Shown here in pieces: positions 36,356-47,771 of a DNA stretch of 64,000 nucleotides. The DNA lies in NCBI GenBank assembly GCA_013204395.1, contig JABMNZ010000026.1, positions 13,421 through 77,420 of the forward strand, in the 5' to 3' direction. This DNA comes from Parcubacteria group bacterium. GTDB lineage: Bacteria > Patescibacteriota > Patescibacteriia > UBA9934 > GWF2-40-263. Position numbers and translations under genes: made by a program. The notes beneath the pieces were generated by a model. It did no database searches and had not been told where the DNA came from. It saw nothing but the letters and a program-made list of their open reading frames with translations. Positions within the stretch are counted from its first letter, which is position 1; each line of letters starts with the position of its first letter.

Positions 36356-37039
36356 ATGTTTTTAGAACTTTTTTTTGGATCACCGGCTATTGCGTTTGCT
36401 TGGGTTGCGGCGATTTTGATTTCTCTGACCGTTCATGAGTTTTCTCATGCACTTATGGCAAAGTGGCGTGGAGACCGTACGGCTGAGCGTGAGGGGAGAC
36501 TTACGTTGAATCCAATAGCTCACATGGATCCAATGGGGACCATTTTGATTTTGTTGTTTGGATTTGGGTGGGCTAAGCCAGTTCCTTACAACCCATATAA
36601 CCTAAAGGAACCAAAGTGGGATTCTGTGAAGATTGGGTTGGCTGGGCCAGCATCAAACTTAATAATGGCCATTGCGGCTGGAATTGGATTTAGACTTCTC
36701 GTTGGTGGAGATGCTTTGAGTGTATTTAATCTCCTTTCGATTTTTTTATTCTGGTTGATTCTTTTAAATTTATTTCTTTTGTTGTTTAATATAATTCCTG
36801 TGCACCCTCTTGATGGGTCAAAACTATTCTTTGCCATTTTTGATCAACCAAAGTACGCTAAAATGCGTCAACTTGTGGCAACGCGAGGCCCTCAGGTCCT
36901 GATGGTTGCCGTGCTTTTAAGCGCGTTTACATCACTTAACATCTTTTTCTTTATCTCAGAGCCAGCCTTTGGGATCTGTGATGCACTTACAGGAACAAGT
37001 TGTATCCGTTACTTTTCAGGAATTTTTTCATTGATCTAG
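36356..37039 (+). CDS. Site-2 protease (M50) family membrane metalloprotease
   Basis: HEFSH, GRLTLNP, GWAKPVP, AGPASN, FNIIPVHPLDG. Confidence 0.92.
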   Translation: MFLELFFGSPAIAFAWVAAILISLTVHEFSHALMAKWRGDRTAEREGRLTLNPIAHMDPMGTILILLFGFGWAKPVPYNPYNLKEPKWDSVKIGLAGPASNLIMAIAAGIGFRLLVGGDALSVFNLLSIFLFWLILLNLFLLLFNIIPVHPLDGSKLFFAIFDQPKYAKMRQLVATRGPQVLMVAVLLSAFTSLNIFFFISEPAFGICDALTGTSCIRYFSGIFSLI

Positions 37040-37098
37040 CTGTGGAGCTCCCGTCTTGACCAAAAAAAGGTCGGATGGTACGCTTCCGCCGAAAAATT

Positions 37099-37524
37099 AT
37101 GCCAACAGTAAATCAACTTATTCGAAAGGGTCGCAAGACAAAAGCTGTCAAAAGCAAGTCTCCGGCCATGCAGTACACCCTGGACTCGCTGCACCGTAAA
37201 CAAACTCTCCTGAAGAAGGGTAGTTCGTTTAAACGTGGTGTTTGTGTGAAAGTGGCTACCATGACTCCAAAGAAACCGAACTCAGCTATCCGAAAGGTTG
37301 CTCGTGTCCGTCTTTCAAATGGAACAGAGGTCAACGCTTACATTCCAGGTGAAGGTCATAATCTCCAAGAGCACTCTATCGTGATGATTCGCGGTGGCCG
37401 TGTGAAGGATCTTCCTGGTGTGCGTTATCACGTTGTACGTGGTGTCTTTGATACACAGGGTGTTGAGGGGCGTATGCAGAGTCGGTCAAAGTATGGAGTG
37501 AAGCGACCAAAAAAGAAAAAATAG
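37099..37524 (+). CDS. rpsL: 30S ribosomal protein S12
   Basis: [31 protein letters not shown]. Confidence 0.98.
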   Translation: MPTVNQLIRKGRKTKAVKSKSPAMQYTLDSLHRKQTLLKKGSSFKRGVCVKVATMTPKKPNSAIRKVARVRLSNGTEVNAYIPGEGHNLQEHSIVMIRGGRVKDLPGVRYHVVRGVFDTQGVEGRMQSRSKYGVKRPKKKK

Positions 37525-37624
37525 ATCGTAGAAAGTAGAGAGCCCTGCTTTCTACTTTTATTTAATACATTCGTCGGAGTACCTCATCGCATGGGGGAAG
37601 ACTCGGCGAGGAACCGTCATAACT

Positions 37625-38095
37625 ATGCGAGGTAAGCAAGCCCCACGGCGCGTAATTACGCCAGACCCAAAATACGGTAACGTCTACGTTGCCAAACTTA
37701 TTAATTACATAATGCTCGACGGCAAAAAGTCTACAGCTCGAAAAGTTGTATACGATGCTTTTGAGACCATGGCTGAGAAAACGAAGACTGATGCCATTGA
37801 TGTTTTTGAAAAAGCCCTCAAGAATGTAATGCCTTCACTTGAGGTGAAGAGCAAGCGTGTTGGAGGGGCAAACTACCAGGTGCCAATGTCTGTGCGTGGC
37901 GAACGTCGTTACGTTTTGGCTTATCGTTGGATTATCACGGCAGCTCGAACAAAGAAGGGTCGTCCAATGGCACAGCGTTTAGCTGATGAACTCATTGCTG
38001 CTTCACTTGGAGAAGGTGATGCAATGAAGAAGAAACAAGATGTACAACGGATGGCCGAGGCCAACCGTGCTTTTGCTCATTTCGCTCGAAGATAA
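37625..38095 (+). CDS. rpsG: 30S ribosomal protein S7
   Basis: RVGGANYQVP, MAEANRAFAH. Confidence 0.98.
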   Translation: MRGKQAPRRVITPDPKYGNVYVAKLINYIMLDGKKSTARKVVYDAFETMAEKTKTDAIDVFEKALKNVMPSLEVKSKRVGGANYQVPMSVRGERRYVLAYRWIITAARTKKGRPMAQRLADELIAASLGEGDAMKKKQDVQRMAEANRAFAHFARR

Positions 38096-38104
38096 ACATT
38101 TTAT

Positions 38105-40192
38105 ATGGCACGTGAATATCCATTGGATAAGATCCGAAATTTCGGAATTTTTGCACACATTGATGCGGGTAAGACAACTGTTTCTGAGCGCATTCTTTTT
38201 TACACAGGCCGCAAGCATAAGATTGGGGAGGTTCATGAGGGTGGTGCAACTATGGACTGGATGGAGCAGGAGCAGGAGCGTGGGATTACCATCACTGCAG
38301 CCGCTACGACTTGTTTTTGGAAAGATCACCGATTGAACTTGATCGACACTCCAGGGCACATTGACTTTACTGTTGAGGTGAAGCGTTCTATGCGCGTTCT
38401 TGATGGAGGTATTGCTGTATTTGATGGTGTCGCAGGTGTGGAGCCACAGTCTGAGACTAACTGGCGCTATGCTGATGAGTATAAAGTTCCACGTATTGTT
38501 TTCATTAACAAAATGGATCGTACAGGAGCTGATTTTTATAAAGACTTAGATTCAGTTCACGATCGATTGACTAAGAGCGCATACGCAATTCAGTTGCCAA
38601 TCGGGGCTGAGGCAGATTATCTCGGTGAAATTGATTTGATTCGGATGAATGCGACCATTTATCATGATGACTTAGGGCGTGAGATGGAAGTGATTGAGAT
38701 TCCAGATGAGCACAAGGAAAAGGCAAAAGAGTGGCATGCAAAACTTATGGAGGCCGTTGCAGAGAATGATGAGGTGCTCATGGACAAGTATTTGTCAGGG
38801 GAAGAACTTCCAGTGGAAGATGTTATTCGTGTGATTCGAAAGGCCACTCTCGCAAATGATTTTATCCCTGTAATGTGTGGAACAGCTTTGAAGAACAAAG
38901 GCGTCCAATCACTTCTAGATGCTGCCGTAGCCTTTTTACCAAGTCCATTGGACGTGGAACCTGTAAAAGGACTTGATCCAGACGATGATGATAAGGAGAT
39001 TGTTCGAAAGCATTCTGATGAAGATCCGTTTTCTGCGCTTGCATTTAAGATCGCAGCTGACCCATTTGTTGGGAAACTTGCATTCTTCCGAGTGTACTCG
39101 GGTTCTGTAAAAGCTGGTTCTTACATTTTAAATTCCTCTACTGGGAAACGAGAACGTGTCGGCCGTATTGTACGTCTACATGCAAACTCACGAGAAGAAC
39201 TCGATGAAGTGTTTGCTGGTGAAATTGCTGCCATGGTGGGACTTAAAGAGACTTTTACTGGTCATACACTTTGTGATCCTGACCATCCGATTATTCTAGA
39301 GTCGATTTCATTCCCTGAGCCTGTTATCTCGATTGCTATTGAACCAAAAACAAAACAAGATCAAGAAAAAATGGGTGTGGCATTACAGAAACTTGCCGAG
39401 GAAGATCCAACGTTCCGTGTGCGAACAGATGATGAGACAAACCAGATCATTATTTCTGGAATGGGCGAACTTCATTTAGATATCATTGTTGATCGCATGA
39501 AGCGCGAGTTTAATGTTGAATGTAATGTTGGACAGCCTCAGGTGAGTTACCGAGAGACTATTAAGGGTGATGCTGAAGGTGAGGGTAAGTTTGTGCGACA
39601 ATCAGGAGGACGAGGGCAGTACGGACACTGTCTGGTGCGCATGGAGAAGTTGAAGCCAGGAGAAGGTGTCCAATTTGAAGAGGTTGTGAAAGGTGGAGCT
39701 ATTCCAAAGGAATACTTCAATGCTATTGAAAAAGGTGTTCGCGAAGCAGCGGATCGTGGTGTGCTTGCTGGATATCCGATACTTGATTTGAAAGTAACTT
39801 TATACGATGGAACCTATCATGATGTGGATTCATCTGAGGCTGCGTTCAAAATTGCAGGGTCCATGGCCTTTCAAGTGGCTGCAAAAAAAGCTGGTGTGGA
39901 TTTGTTGGAACCGATTATGAAGGTGGAGGTAAGTACCCCCGAGGATTTTATGGGATCAGTTGTTGGTGATTTAAATGCAAAACGAGGTCAGATTCAGGAA
40001 ATGAATGATCGGGTTGGTGCTAAATTAATCTCTGCATTTGTTCCACTAGCTGAAATGTTTGGTTATGCAACATCACTTCGTTCCATGACTCAGGGTCGCG
40101 CCAGTTACTCTATGGAATTTGATCATTATGGAGTAGTTCCATCAAATGTAGCTAAAGAGATTGTGGAGAAACGCGGCGGTTCGGGAAGATAA
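38105..40192 (+). CDS. fusA: Elongation factor G
   Basis: [26 protein letters not shown]. Confidence 0.98.
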   Translation: MAREYPLDKIRNFGIFAHIDAGKTTVSERILFYTGRKHKIGEVHEGGATMDWMEQEQERGITITAAATTCFWKDHRLNLIDTPGHIDFTVEVKRSMRVLDGGIAVFDGVAGVEPQSETNWRYADEYKVPRIVFINKMDRTGADFYKDLDSVHDRLTKSAYAIQLPIGAEADYLGEIDLIRMNATIYHDDLGREMEVIEIPDEHKEKAKEWHAKLMEAVAENDEVLMDKYLSGEELPVEDVIRVIRKATLANDFIPVMCGTALKNKGVQSLLDAAVAFLPSPLDVEPVKGLDPDDDDKEIVRKHSDEDPFSALAFKIAADPFVGKLAFFRVYSGSVKAGSYILNSSTGKRERVGRIVRLHANSREELDEVFAGEIAAMVGLKETFTGHTLCDPDHPIILESISFPEPVISIAIEPKTKQDQEKMGVALQKLAEEDPTFRVRTDDETNQIIISGMGELHLDIIVDRMKREFNVECNVGQPQVSYRETIKGDAEGEGKFVRQSGGRGQYGHCLVRMEKLKPGEGVQFEEVVKGGAIPKEYFNAIEKGVREAADRGVLAGYPILDLKVTLYDGTYHDVDSSEAAFKIAGSMAFQVAAKKAGVDLLEPIMKVEVSTPEDFMGSVVGDLNAKRGQIQEMNDRVGAKLISAFVPLAEMFGYATSLRSMTQGRASYSMEFDHYGVVPSNVAKEIVEKRGGSGR

Positions 40193-40230
40193 TCAGGATT
40201 TAAAATAGAGCCCCATGGGCTCTATTTTTA

Positions 40231-40770
40231 TTACACGATATATAATATAGCTTTTCCTCGTTTTGATATTGGGATTCGTTCTGGTATCTCGAAGGCATTT
40301 GAAATAATACGTGTTCCCTTTGGAAGTTCTGTTTCTATTTTATCTCTTAGCTTTTCCATGGAATAAGGGATTTGGTATAGGAATACAACCGTAGTTTCAG
40401 ATAGATCTGCTTTCCACATGGATTGTTTCCTAATTTCCACTTTGTTGGCAATACCAGCAAGACTTACTTTCTGCCTAGATAATTTCACTAGTCCTGGATG
40501 AATCTCATATCCAATAGCTTTTGTTGCACCAGCTCTTGTGGCAGCTATTAATATTCGTCCATCTCCAGAACCAAGATCAATTACCGTATCAGTCTCTTTA
40601 AGATTTGCAATTGATATCATGTCCTTAACAATTTCATGTCCTGTTGGAACATACGGTCCACCACCAGCAATAATGGGAATAAACATACTTCCAAGCCAGC
40701 AAATTGCCGCGATATCTGTGGCTATGATAAGTGTAGCAAAGAGTAAAAAGAAGAATGTGATAGAATCCAT
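40231..40770 (-). CDS. Class I SAM-dependent methyltransferase with N-terminal TM
   Basis: PYVPT, DLGSGDGR, GYEI. Confidence 0.85.
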   Translation of the reverse strand: MDSITFFFLLFATLIIATDIAAICWLGSMFIPIIAGGGPYVPTGHEIVKDMISIANLKETDTVIDLGSGDGRILIAATRAGATKAIGYEIHPGLVKLSRQKVSLAGIANKVEIRKQSMWKADLSETTVVFLYQIPYSMEKLRDKIETELPKGTRIISNAFEIPERIPISKRGKAILYIV

Positions 40771-40775
40771 ACGCT

Positions 40776-41795
40776 ATGAAAAATTCAATTCCTAAAGAAG
40801 TTCTTGAAGCTAATGATATAGGGAAAATCGATTCAGTGAAAGTTGTTACTGATGGATTGGTACATAAAACGTATGATCTCAAGACGGATAGGGGGCGGTT
40901 TATCTTACAGAGGGTTCATTCGGTTCTTGCAACTAAAGCTGTGTCTGCCGATTTTTTGGCCGTTACCAGTTTTCTTTGTGAAAAGGGATTCCCAACGCCG
41001 AAAGCGGTATTGTCAAAGTCTGGAGAAGTGCTTGTTCATAGCAGAGGAGATAAGTGGAGAATGCAAACAAAACTTCCTGGAAAGACATTTCATGTTTTGA
41101 ATGATCGAACAATGGCGTATGAAGCAGGGAAGATTTACGCCGACTTTCACAATGTTCTAAATGAGATCTCTTATAAATTTAAGGCAAAAAAACTTCTTCA
41201 CGAGACAGAGAAGATTTACAATAAATTTTTGGGGGAGATAAGGAGACCCAGACACACTTCATTTTTAGGTGATGTTGAAAAGGAAATTGAATTCATAAAA
41301 TTGGAGTTACCAACTTATTTCTTGCCGAATGATCTTCCGATTCGTGTCATTCATGGAGATCCAAAGATTTCAAATATTTTGTTTGATGGAAAAGGAAGGG
41401 CTAAAGCAATTATTGATTTAGATACCTGTAATCGTAGACCGCTTCTTGTTGAGCTTGGAGATGCGTTTCGATCGTGGTGTGGAAATGAAGAAGATGATCC
41501 AAAAAATAAGTTTTGCCTTCAAATGTTTCAGTCATCTTGGGGTGGTTACAAAGAGGGTGCTGGAGACCTTATGACAGATCGTGAAAAAGAATATCTTCCG
41601 CAAGCTATTGGAACTATTACTCTTGAGCTGGCGTGCCGTTTTCTGACAGATTATTTTACCGACAATTACTTTGGTTGGGATGATGGGAGATATACCTCTC
41701 GTAGAGCACATAATTTGGCTAGGTGCCGCGGTCAGATCAAGCAGTTTCAATCCTATAAGAAAAAGCTGTCAAAGATAGAAAAGATTATTGCTTAA
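40776..41795 (+). CDS. APH-family phosphotransferase (N-acetylhexosamine/aminoglycoside kinase-like)
   Basis: HGDPKISNILF, IDLDT, LGDAFRS, RFLTDY. Confidence 0.85.
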   Translation: MKNSIPKEVLEANDIGKIDSVKVVTDGLVHKTYDLKTDRGRFILQRVHSVLATKAVSADFLAVTSFLCEKGFPTPKAVLSKSGEVLVHSRGDKWRMQTKLPGKTFHVLNDRTMAYEAGKIYADFHNVLNEISYKFKAKKLLHETEKIYNKFLGEIRRPRHTSFLGDVEKEIEFIKLELPTYFLPNDLPIRVIHGDPKISNILFDGKGRAKAIIDLDTCNRRPLLVELGDAFRSWCGNEEDDPKNKFCLQMFQSSWGGYKEGAGDLMTDREKEYLPQAIGTITLELACRFLTDYFTDNYFGWDDGRYTSRRAHNLARCRGQIKQFQSYKKKLSKIEKIIA

Positions 41796-41796
41796 A

Positions 41797-41828
41797 ACAA
41801 AACACCCGGTCGCTTGGACCGGGTGTTT
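41797..41828. terminator. Bidirectional terminator
   Basis: AAACACCCGGTC-GCTTG-GACCGGGTGTTT. Confidence 0.75.
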
Positions 41829-42080
41829 AAATCTGAGCATGGAAGTTCTGTTTCAGGCTTAACAGTGTTACTTACATCCTGTTCATCAACTTCTTCCTGT
41901 GCTGCACTGGCTCAGAATATCATCGTCAAGTATTAACATTGACTGAATCGCGATATCGCACAAGAAGACAGGATAGCAAAGATAGAAGATTATGTCAAGG
42001 TATTTCACCTATACTCCTTTAAACATAGCTCAAATTTGTCTCCTTGACACCAAACGATTATGGGCTAAAATGCCGGCACT

Positions 42081-42560
42081 ATGAATAATAATTTTGAGCG
42101 CATTTTGAATCTTGTGAGGCGGACGGGGGATAAAATAGTCGTTTTCGAGAAGGAAACTGATTCAGGTTATGTTGTCATGGATATTGAAGAATATGAACTA
42201 ATGGTTGATGTTCAAGATGACTTGTGTGAGCTTGCTGGTCATGATCCATATGAAACAGGGGATGATTTTGAGCAATCTACAGATGATTCTTTTGACGACA
42301 ATGACTTGGAGACGAGTGGTAAGATTAATGTGTGGGATGTGATGCAGAGTGCTGGAAATGAGGGGGAAACATGGGATCCAGCTGATCTTACGGATAGTGA
42401 GCTTGTGGAGCTTGAGGAGCAGTACCAGGCATTTGCGAATCGTCATTTGCAAGAGGCTATTACTGAAACCCAGTCAAAAGAGGTGGAAAGTAAATCTAAG
42501 TCCAAAGATTCAGAGGATGATTTTGGAGAAGAATCTTTTTATCTGGAACCCGTAGAATAG
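42081..42560 (+). CDS. Acidic hypothetical protein
   Basis: TTGACA-17-TAAAAT promoter; RRTGDKIVV..YVVMDIEEYE; C-term FYLEPVE. Confidence 0.75.
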   Translation: MNNNFERILNLVRRTGDKIVVFEKETDSGYVVMDIEEYELMVDVQDDLCELAGHDPYETGDDFEQSTDDSFDDNDLETSGKINVWDVMQSAGNEGETWDPADLTDSELVELEEQYQAFANRHLQEAITETQSKEVESKSKSKDSEDDFGEESFYLEPVE

Positions 42561-42708
42561 TCCTGTTTTATGGTGTTAATAACTCGTGAGTAGAAGGCTT
42601 GCATCATTTAATACCCTCTGTTATACTGCGCCACGTCTCTAATTTGAGCTAAAAACAGTAAAAAATCGTAATTAATTTCGGGCAAAAATGCCCAAATCTT
42701 ATATCGTT

Positions 42709-43902
42709 ATGGCCGAAGTCTTTGAACGAAATAAGCCGCACGTGAACGTAGGTACAATTGGTCACGTTGACCATGGTAAAACCACCACGACGGCAGCCCT
42801 ACTCGCAGTTTTGAGTGCAAGGGGAATGAGTGCCCAGACAAAGGGTGTTGATGATTTGGACAAAGCTCCTGAATCTAAAGCACGCGGCATTACAATTGCA
42901 ACTGCTCATTGTGAGTACGAGTCAGATAAACGTCATTATGCGCACGTAGATTGCCCTGGTCACGCTGACTACATCAAAAACATGATTACAGGTGCGGCAC
43001 AGATGGATGGTGCAATTTTGGTAGTATCTGCAGCAGACGGCCCAATGCCACAGACACGTGAGCATATCCTTCTTGCCCATCAGGTTGGTGTTCCAGCCAT
43101 GGTTGTTTTTTTGAACAAAGTAGATCAAGTGGACGACCCTGAGCTTATAGATCTTGTGGAAGAGGAAGTTCGTGACCTTTTAAAGCAATACAAGTATCCA
43201 GGGGATGAGATCCCGGTTATTCGTGGAAGTGCATTGAAGGCCCTTGAAAATCCAACTGACCCTGAAGCAAGTAAACCAATCATGGAGATAATTGAAGCAC
43301 TTGATAATTATATTCCTGAGCCAGTTCGTGACACTGAGAAGCCATATTTGATGCCAATTGAGGATGTGTTCTCAATTGAAGGTCGTGGAACAGTTGTAAC
43401 TGGTCGTATTGAGCGTGGAATTGTCAAGGTTGGTGGTGAGATAGAAATTGTTGGTATTAAAGAAGAATCAACAAAAACAACCGTCACAGGTATTGAAATG
43501 TTCAATAAGTCATTGGACGAAGGGCGTGCTGGTGATAATGCCGGTATACTACTACGTGGAATTAAGAAAGAAGATGTTGAGCGCGGAATGGTGCTTGCAG
43601 CTCCTGGATCTATTACTCCACATACAGTGTTTGAGGCAGAGGTGTACGCACTATCAAAGGAAGAGGGTGGTCGTCATAAGCCATTCTTTAAAGGCTACAA
43701 GCCACAGTTCTACATTCGAACTACTGATGTTACAGGTGATGTGACATTGCCAGAAGGAACTGAAATGGTCATGCCTGGAGATACAACAAATCTTACAATT
43801 ACATTGATTCAACCAGTTGCACTTGAAGAAAAGATGACATTCGCAATTCGTGAAGGTGGTCGAACTGTTGGTGCTGGAATCGTAACAAAAATTATTACTT
43901 AA
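42709..43902 (+). CDS. tuf: Elongation factor Tu
   Basis: [29 protein letters not shown]. Confidence 0.98.
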   Translation: MAEVFERNKPHVNVGTIGHVDHGKTTTTAALLAVLSARGMSAQTKGVDDLDKAPESKARGITIATAHCEYESDKRHYAHVDCPGHADYIKNMITGAAQMDGAILVVSAADGPMPQTREHILLAHQVGVPAMVVFLNKVDQVDDPELIDLVEEEVRDLLKQYKYPGDEIPVIRGSALKALENPTDPEASKPIMEIIEALDNYIPEPVRDTEKPYLMPIEDVFSIEGRGTVVTGRIERGIVKVGGEIEIVGIKEESTKTTVTGIEMFNKSLDEGRAGDNAGILLRGIKKEDVERGMVLAAPGSITPHTVFEAEVYALSKEEGGRHKPFFKGYKPQFYIRTTDVTGDVTLPEGTEMVMPGDTTNLTITLIQPVALEEKMTFAIREGGRTVGAGIVTKIIT

Positions 43903-43959
43903 TCCAGAGGAGGGATCCAGAGTGTCTGGATCCCTCCTTATTCGTTCCTTTTTACGCTT

Positions 43960-44292
43960 GTGTCTGAAGAAAAAAAAATTAAAGACGAAAAGACCCGCAT
44001 CCGCATTAAGATCAAGGCCTATGATCATAAGATAATTGATCAAGCCACTCAGACGATTATAAAAACGGCTGAACGATCTGGTGCTCAAGTTGTTGGTCCG
44101 GTCCCGCTTCCGACTGAGAAGCGAAAGTATACCGTAAATAGATCAACCTTTGTTTTTAAGGACTCTCGAGAACAGTACGAGATCAGAGTTCATAAAAGGC
44201 TTATCGATATCACCAATCCTACAGATAGGACGATTGATGCGCTCATGAGTCTGAATTTACCAGCAGGTGTAGACGTTGAAATTAAAACTTAA
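43960..44292 (+). CDS. rpsJ: 30S ribosomal protein S10
   Basis: [23 protein letters not shown]. Confidence 0.97.
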   Translation: MSEEKKIKDEKTRIRIKIKAYDHKIIDQATQTIIKTAERSGAQVVGPVPLPTEKRKYTVNRSTFVFKDSREQYEIRVHKRLIDITNPTDRTIDALMSLNLPAGVDVEIKT

Positions 44293-44580
44293 CTTTGATG
44301 GGGTGGAAATTGAGAAGATTATGTTCACATGTCTTTTCAACAGCCACCCTATCAACAAGCGACCCGGAAACGGGGAAGATAGATCTCGTGTTACTAGACG
44401 CTGATTTTGGAGAAAACCTTCCTGTGATTAACGGATTCGCTTATGGAGACCTTCATATTCTAATATTCATTTACTCTCAATCTTTATTTTCGAGCCATTA
44501 AGCTTGATCGATTGTGAGCTAGGAGTCGGTAGAGGATTATATCTTCCTCTTTCGACTTCTAGCTTTTATACTTCCCTCAT

Positions 44581-45210
44581 ATGACATTCATCGTCGGACG
44601 AAAAATTGAAATGACTCAGCAATTCAAAGATGACGGAACTGTTGTTGCCGTAACTTTAATTAAGGCTGAGCCAAATGTTGTTACTCAAGTTTGTGATCCA
44701 ATAGACTGTGAACACAGGACTGTCCAGATTGGTTTTGAGGTTTCTTCAAAGTTGAACAAGCCTGAATCAGGGCACTTAAAAGATCTGCCGCAAGTGCAGA
44801 CTCTTAAGGAATTTCGTGTCGCTAAAGATGCGGATTTTTCACGCGGAGACAGTATTACCGTTGAATCTTTTTCTCCTGGAAATCATGTTGATGTAACTGG
44901 GGTTTCGAAAGGAAAGGGGTTTGCTGGAGTTATGAAACGTCATGGTTTCAAATGTGGACAGGCGACGCATGGAAATAAGGACCAGCAGCGTATGCCAGGA
45001 TCAATTGCTTCTTTTCCACAAGGTAAGATTATCAAGGGAAAGCGTATGGCGGGACGGATGGGAACTGATCGTGTGACAGTGAAAAATTTGGAGATCATCT
45101 CTATTGATCCTGCAAATCATGTGATTGCAATTAAAGGTGCCGTTCCAGGTGCACGTGGAGGTCTTGTTATGATTAAGACTCGTGAAGGAAAATTAGTATG
45201 GCAAGCGTAA
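44581..45210 (+). CDS. rplC: 50S ribosomal protein L3
   Basis: SKGKGFAGVMKRH, MAGRMG, KGAVPG. Confidence 0.97.
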   Translation: MTFIVGRKIEMTQQFKDDGTVVAVTLIKAEPNVVTQVCDPIDCEHRTVQIGFEVSSKLNKPESGHLKDLPQVQTLKEFRVAKDADFSRGDSITVESFSPGNHVDVTGVSKGKGFAGVMKRHGFKCGQATHGNKDQQRMPGSIASFPQGKIIKGKRMAGRMGTDRVTVKNLEIISIDPANHVIAIKGAVPGARGGLVMIKTREGKLVWQA

Positions 45211-45833
45211 CGCTTTATAGAATTGACGGAACACAGAACGGGGCTCTGGATTTACCAGATGCATTGTTCGGTGTGAAGGTTGATCCGGGATTGGTTCACG
45301 AAGCTGTCGTGGCACAGGGGGCGAACTCTCGCTCTGCTATTGCTCACACAAAGACACGGGGTGAGGTGCGTGGTGGTGGGCGAAAGCCATGGAAACAAAA
45401 GGGGACAGGTCGAGCTCGTCATGGATCTCGTCGTTCACCTATTTGGTCTGGTGGTGGAATTACATTTGGTCCTAGATCAAATCGAAATTTTTCACTAAAA
45501 ATGAACAGGAAGGCTCGTCAAAAGGCTCTTGCAATGGTTTTGACAGATAAGCTTGCGAGCGAACGCTTGGTGGCACTAGAGTCACTTTCTTTTGATGAAG
45601 TTAAAACAAAGGTATTGGTTGATGTTCTAAAGAAGTTGCCAGTTAACGGAAAAAAGACATTAATTGTAACAACTCCAGAGAATAAAAGCGTGTCTTTGGC
45701 TGCAAAGAACATTCCTTTAGTTGATACACTTCCTGCAAATGCCTTGAATGTGATCGATCTTCTGCGTTTTGATTATCTCTTGATAACAAAAGACGCTGCT
45801 GAATTTATCGGTGCTCACTATAATAGAACATAG
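45198..45833 (+). CDS. rplD: 50S ribosomal protein L4
   Basis: KPWKQKGTGRARHG. Confidence 0.97.
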   Translation: MASVTLYRIDGTQNGALDLPDALFGVKVDPGLVHEAVVAQGANSRSAIAHTKTRGEVRGGGRKPWKQKGTGRARHGSRRSPIWSGGGITFGPRSNRNFSLKMNRKARQKALAMVLTDKLASERLVALESLSFDEVKTKVLVDVLKKLPVNGKKTLIVTTPENKSVSLAAKNIPLVDTLPANALNVIDLLRFDYLLITKDAAEFIGAHYNRT

Positions 45834-45835
45834 AT

Positions 45836-46249
45836 ATGAGTCTTTTAAATCGATTCAAAAAATCTGATAGTGAGATACCTGTCAAGAAAAAGGCACTATC
45901 TGAAGCAAAGCTTCCTGATGTTCAGGTTGCAAAAAATAAATCAGTTAAAGCTGGTTCATTATCTGCCGTGACAACAGATGTTGTAGTAAAGCCTTTGGTT
46001 ACGGAAAAGACAGCTGTGCTTGCCAGTAATGGGAAGTATGTATTTGTGGTGAGCGGTGGAGCCAATCGTGTTCAAGTAAAAATTGCCATTAATGAAATGT
46101 TTGGCGTCATGCCGACATTCGTCAACATACAAAATGTGCGAGGAAAACGAGTACGTTTTGGAAAACGGCATGGAAAACGTTCAGATTGGAAAAAGGCAAT
46201 AGTTACACTTCCAAAGGGTCAGAAAATTAATGTCTACGAAGGCGTTTAA
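45836..46249 (+). CDS. rplW: 50S ribosomal protein L23 (N-terminal extension)
   Basis: [14 protein letters not shown]. Confidence 0.95.
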   Translation: MSLLNRFKKSDSEIPVKKKALSEAKLPDVQVAKNKSVKAGSLSAVTTDVVVKPLVTEKTAVLASNGKYVFVVSGGANRVQVKIAINEMFGVMPTFVNIQNVRGKRVRFGKRHGKRSDWKKAIVTLPKGQKINVYEGV

Positions 46250-46254
46250 ACGAT

Positions 46255-47103
46255 ATGGGTGTAAAGAGATATAAACCAACTACTCCAGGACGCCGCATTT
46301 CAAGTGTGGATGATTTTTCTGATGTAACAAAGTCGTCACCAGAGAAAAAGCTGACGATTAAAAAAAATAGGAAAGCCGGACGTACAAATGGAAAGATTAC
46401 TGTTCGTCACAGGGGTGGTGGAGCAAAGCGTCGTATTCGTCTAGTTGATTACAAGCGCGATAAATTTGATGTTCCAGCAAAGGTTGCCTCTATTGAATAT
46501 GATCCAAATCGAGGAGCCAGACTCGCACTGCTACATTATGTAGACGGAGAGAAGCGATATATGGTGGCACCAGTTGGATTGAAGGTTGGTGACTCGGTAG
46601 TTTCATCAATGAGTAAGGGTGAGATTCAGACCGGAAATCGTTACAAGTTGGAGCACATTCCTATTGGAATGCAGGTGTATAACATCGAACTCAAGCCTGG
46701 AAAGGGCGGGCAAATTGTACGAGGTGCCGGAACGACAGCCCAGTTAATGGCGGTTGATGGATCACATGCAACAGTTCGTCTTCCATCAGGGGAGGTTCGA
46801 ATGGTGGCAAAGCTTTGCATGGCAACACTTGGACAGACCTCAAATCCAGATCGTAGATTGATTAGATGGGGTAAAGCTGGTAGAACACGTCTCCGTGGAA
46901 TTCGTCCTACGGTGCGTGGAAAAGCAATGAACCCTGTGGATCACCCTCATGGTGGTGGAGAGGGTAGAAACCCAATTGGTCTAAAGAGACCTAAGACACC
47001 AACTGGTAAACCAGCACTGGGAGTAAAGACACGGCGCAAACGCGCATCAGATAAACTGATTATCAAACGTCGAAAGAAAGGGCGATTTGTAGGCGGAAAA
47101 TAA
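46255..47103 (+). CDS. rplB: 50S ribosomal protein L2
   Basis: [20 protein letters not shown]. Confidence 0.98.
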   Translation: MGVKRYKPTTPGRRISSVDDFSDVTKSSPEKKLTIKKNRKAGRTNGKITVRHRGGGAKRRIRLVDYKRDKFDVPAKVASIEYDPNRGARLALLHYVDGEKRYMVAPVGLKVGDSVVSSMSKGEIQTGNRYKLEHIPIGMQVYNIELKPGKGGQIVRGAGTTAQLMAVDGSHATVRLPSGEVRMVAKLCMATLGQTSNPDRRLIRWGKAGRTRLRGIRPTVRGKAMNPVDHPHGGGEGRNPIGLKRPKTPTGKPALGVKTRRKRASDKLIIKRRKKGRFVGGK

Positions 47104-47104
47104 T

Positions 47105-47374
47105 ATGTCTCGAAGCTTGAAAAAAGGACCTTACGTCCACCCAAAATTGTTAAAGAAAATCGCTGCGCGAAAGCCTGGTGAGGGAGCACCCATTAAAACT
47201 TGGGCGCGTGCTTCTACTATTACGCCAGAGATGGTTGGATTTACCTTTGCTGTTCATAACGGAGGAGATTTTATCTCAGTTCGTGTTGTAGAGAATATGG
47301 TTGGGCACAAGCTGGGAGAATTTTCTCCAACACGAAAGTTTGTTCGTCATGGAGGTAAAGCTCAGAAAGGATAA
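47105..47374 (+). CDS. rpsS: 30S ribosomal protein S19
   Basis: [18 protein letters not shown]. Confidence 0.98.
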   Translation: MSRSLKKGPYVHPKLLKKIAARKPGEGAPIKTWARASTITPEMVGFTFAVHNGGDFISVRVVENMVGHKLGEFSPTRKFVRHGGKAQKG

Positions 47375-47379
47375 ACTGT

Positions 47380-47763
47380 ATGGATGTAAATGCAAAAGCA
47401 AGATATGTACGCATGTCACCACGTAAAGTTCGTCTCGTGGTCGATTTGATTCGTGGAATGACTGTCGCGGAAGCTAGGTCTCAGTTGAAGTTCATGAAGA
47501 AGGCTGCCGCTGAACCAGTGTTGAAGCTGTTGAATTCTGCCGTTGCTAATGCGGAGCATAACTTCAATCTTGATACTCTGGAATTGTATGTGAAAGAGAT
47601 TAAGGCTGATGGTGGGCCAGTGTTAGGACGATGGCGCGCACGTGCATTTGGACGGGCGGCACCAATCCGAAAACGTACCACGCACATTTCTATCATAGTT
47701 AGCGAGAAGGAAAAAAAAGCTCCAAAGCAAGAAAAAGAAATTGTTAACACATCAGCAAACTAA
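47380..47763 (+). CDS. rplV: 50S ribosomal protein L22
   Basis: SPRKVRLV, SAVANA, RAFGRA. Confidence 0.97.
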   Translation: MDVNAKARYVRMSPRKVRLVVDLIRGMTVAEARSQLKFMKKAAAEPVLKLLNSAVANAEHNFNLDTLELYVKEIKADGGPVLGRWRARAFGRAAPIRKRTTHISIIVSEKEKKAPKQEKEIVNTSAN

Positions 47764-47771
47764 TCATCCGT

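Noticed and set aside
44295-44501. 68-aa ORF in the rpsJ-rplC spacer
   Set aside because: No recognisable features; the region is better explained by RNA structure, though coding cannot be fully excluded.
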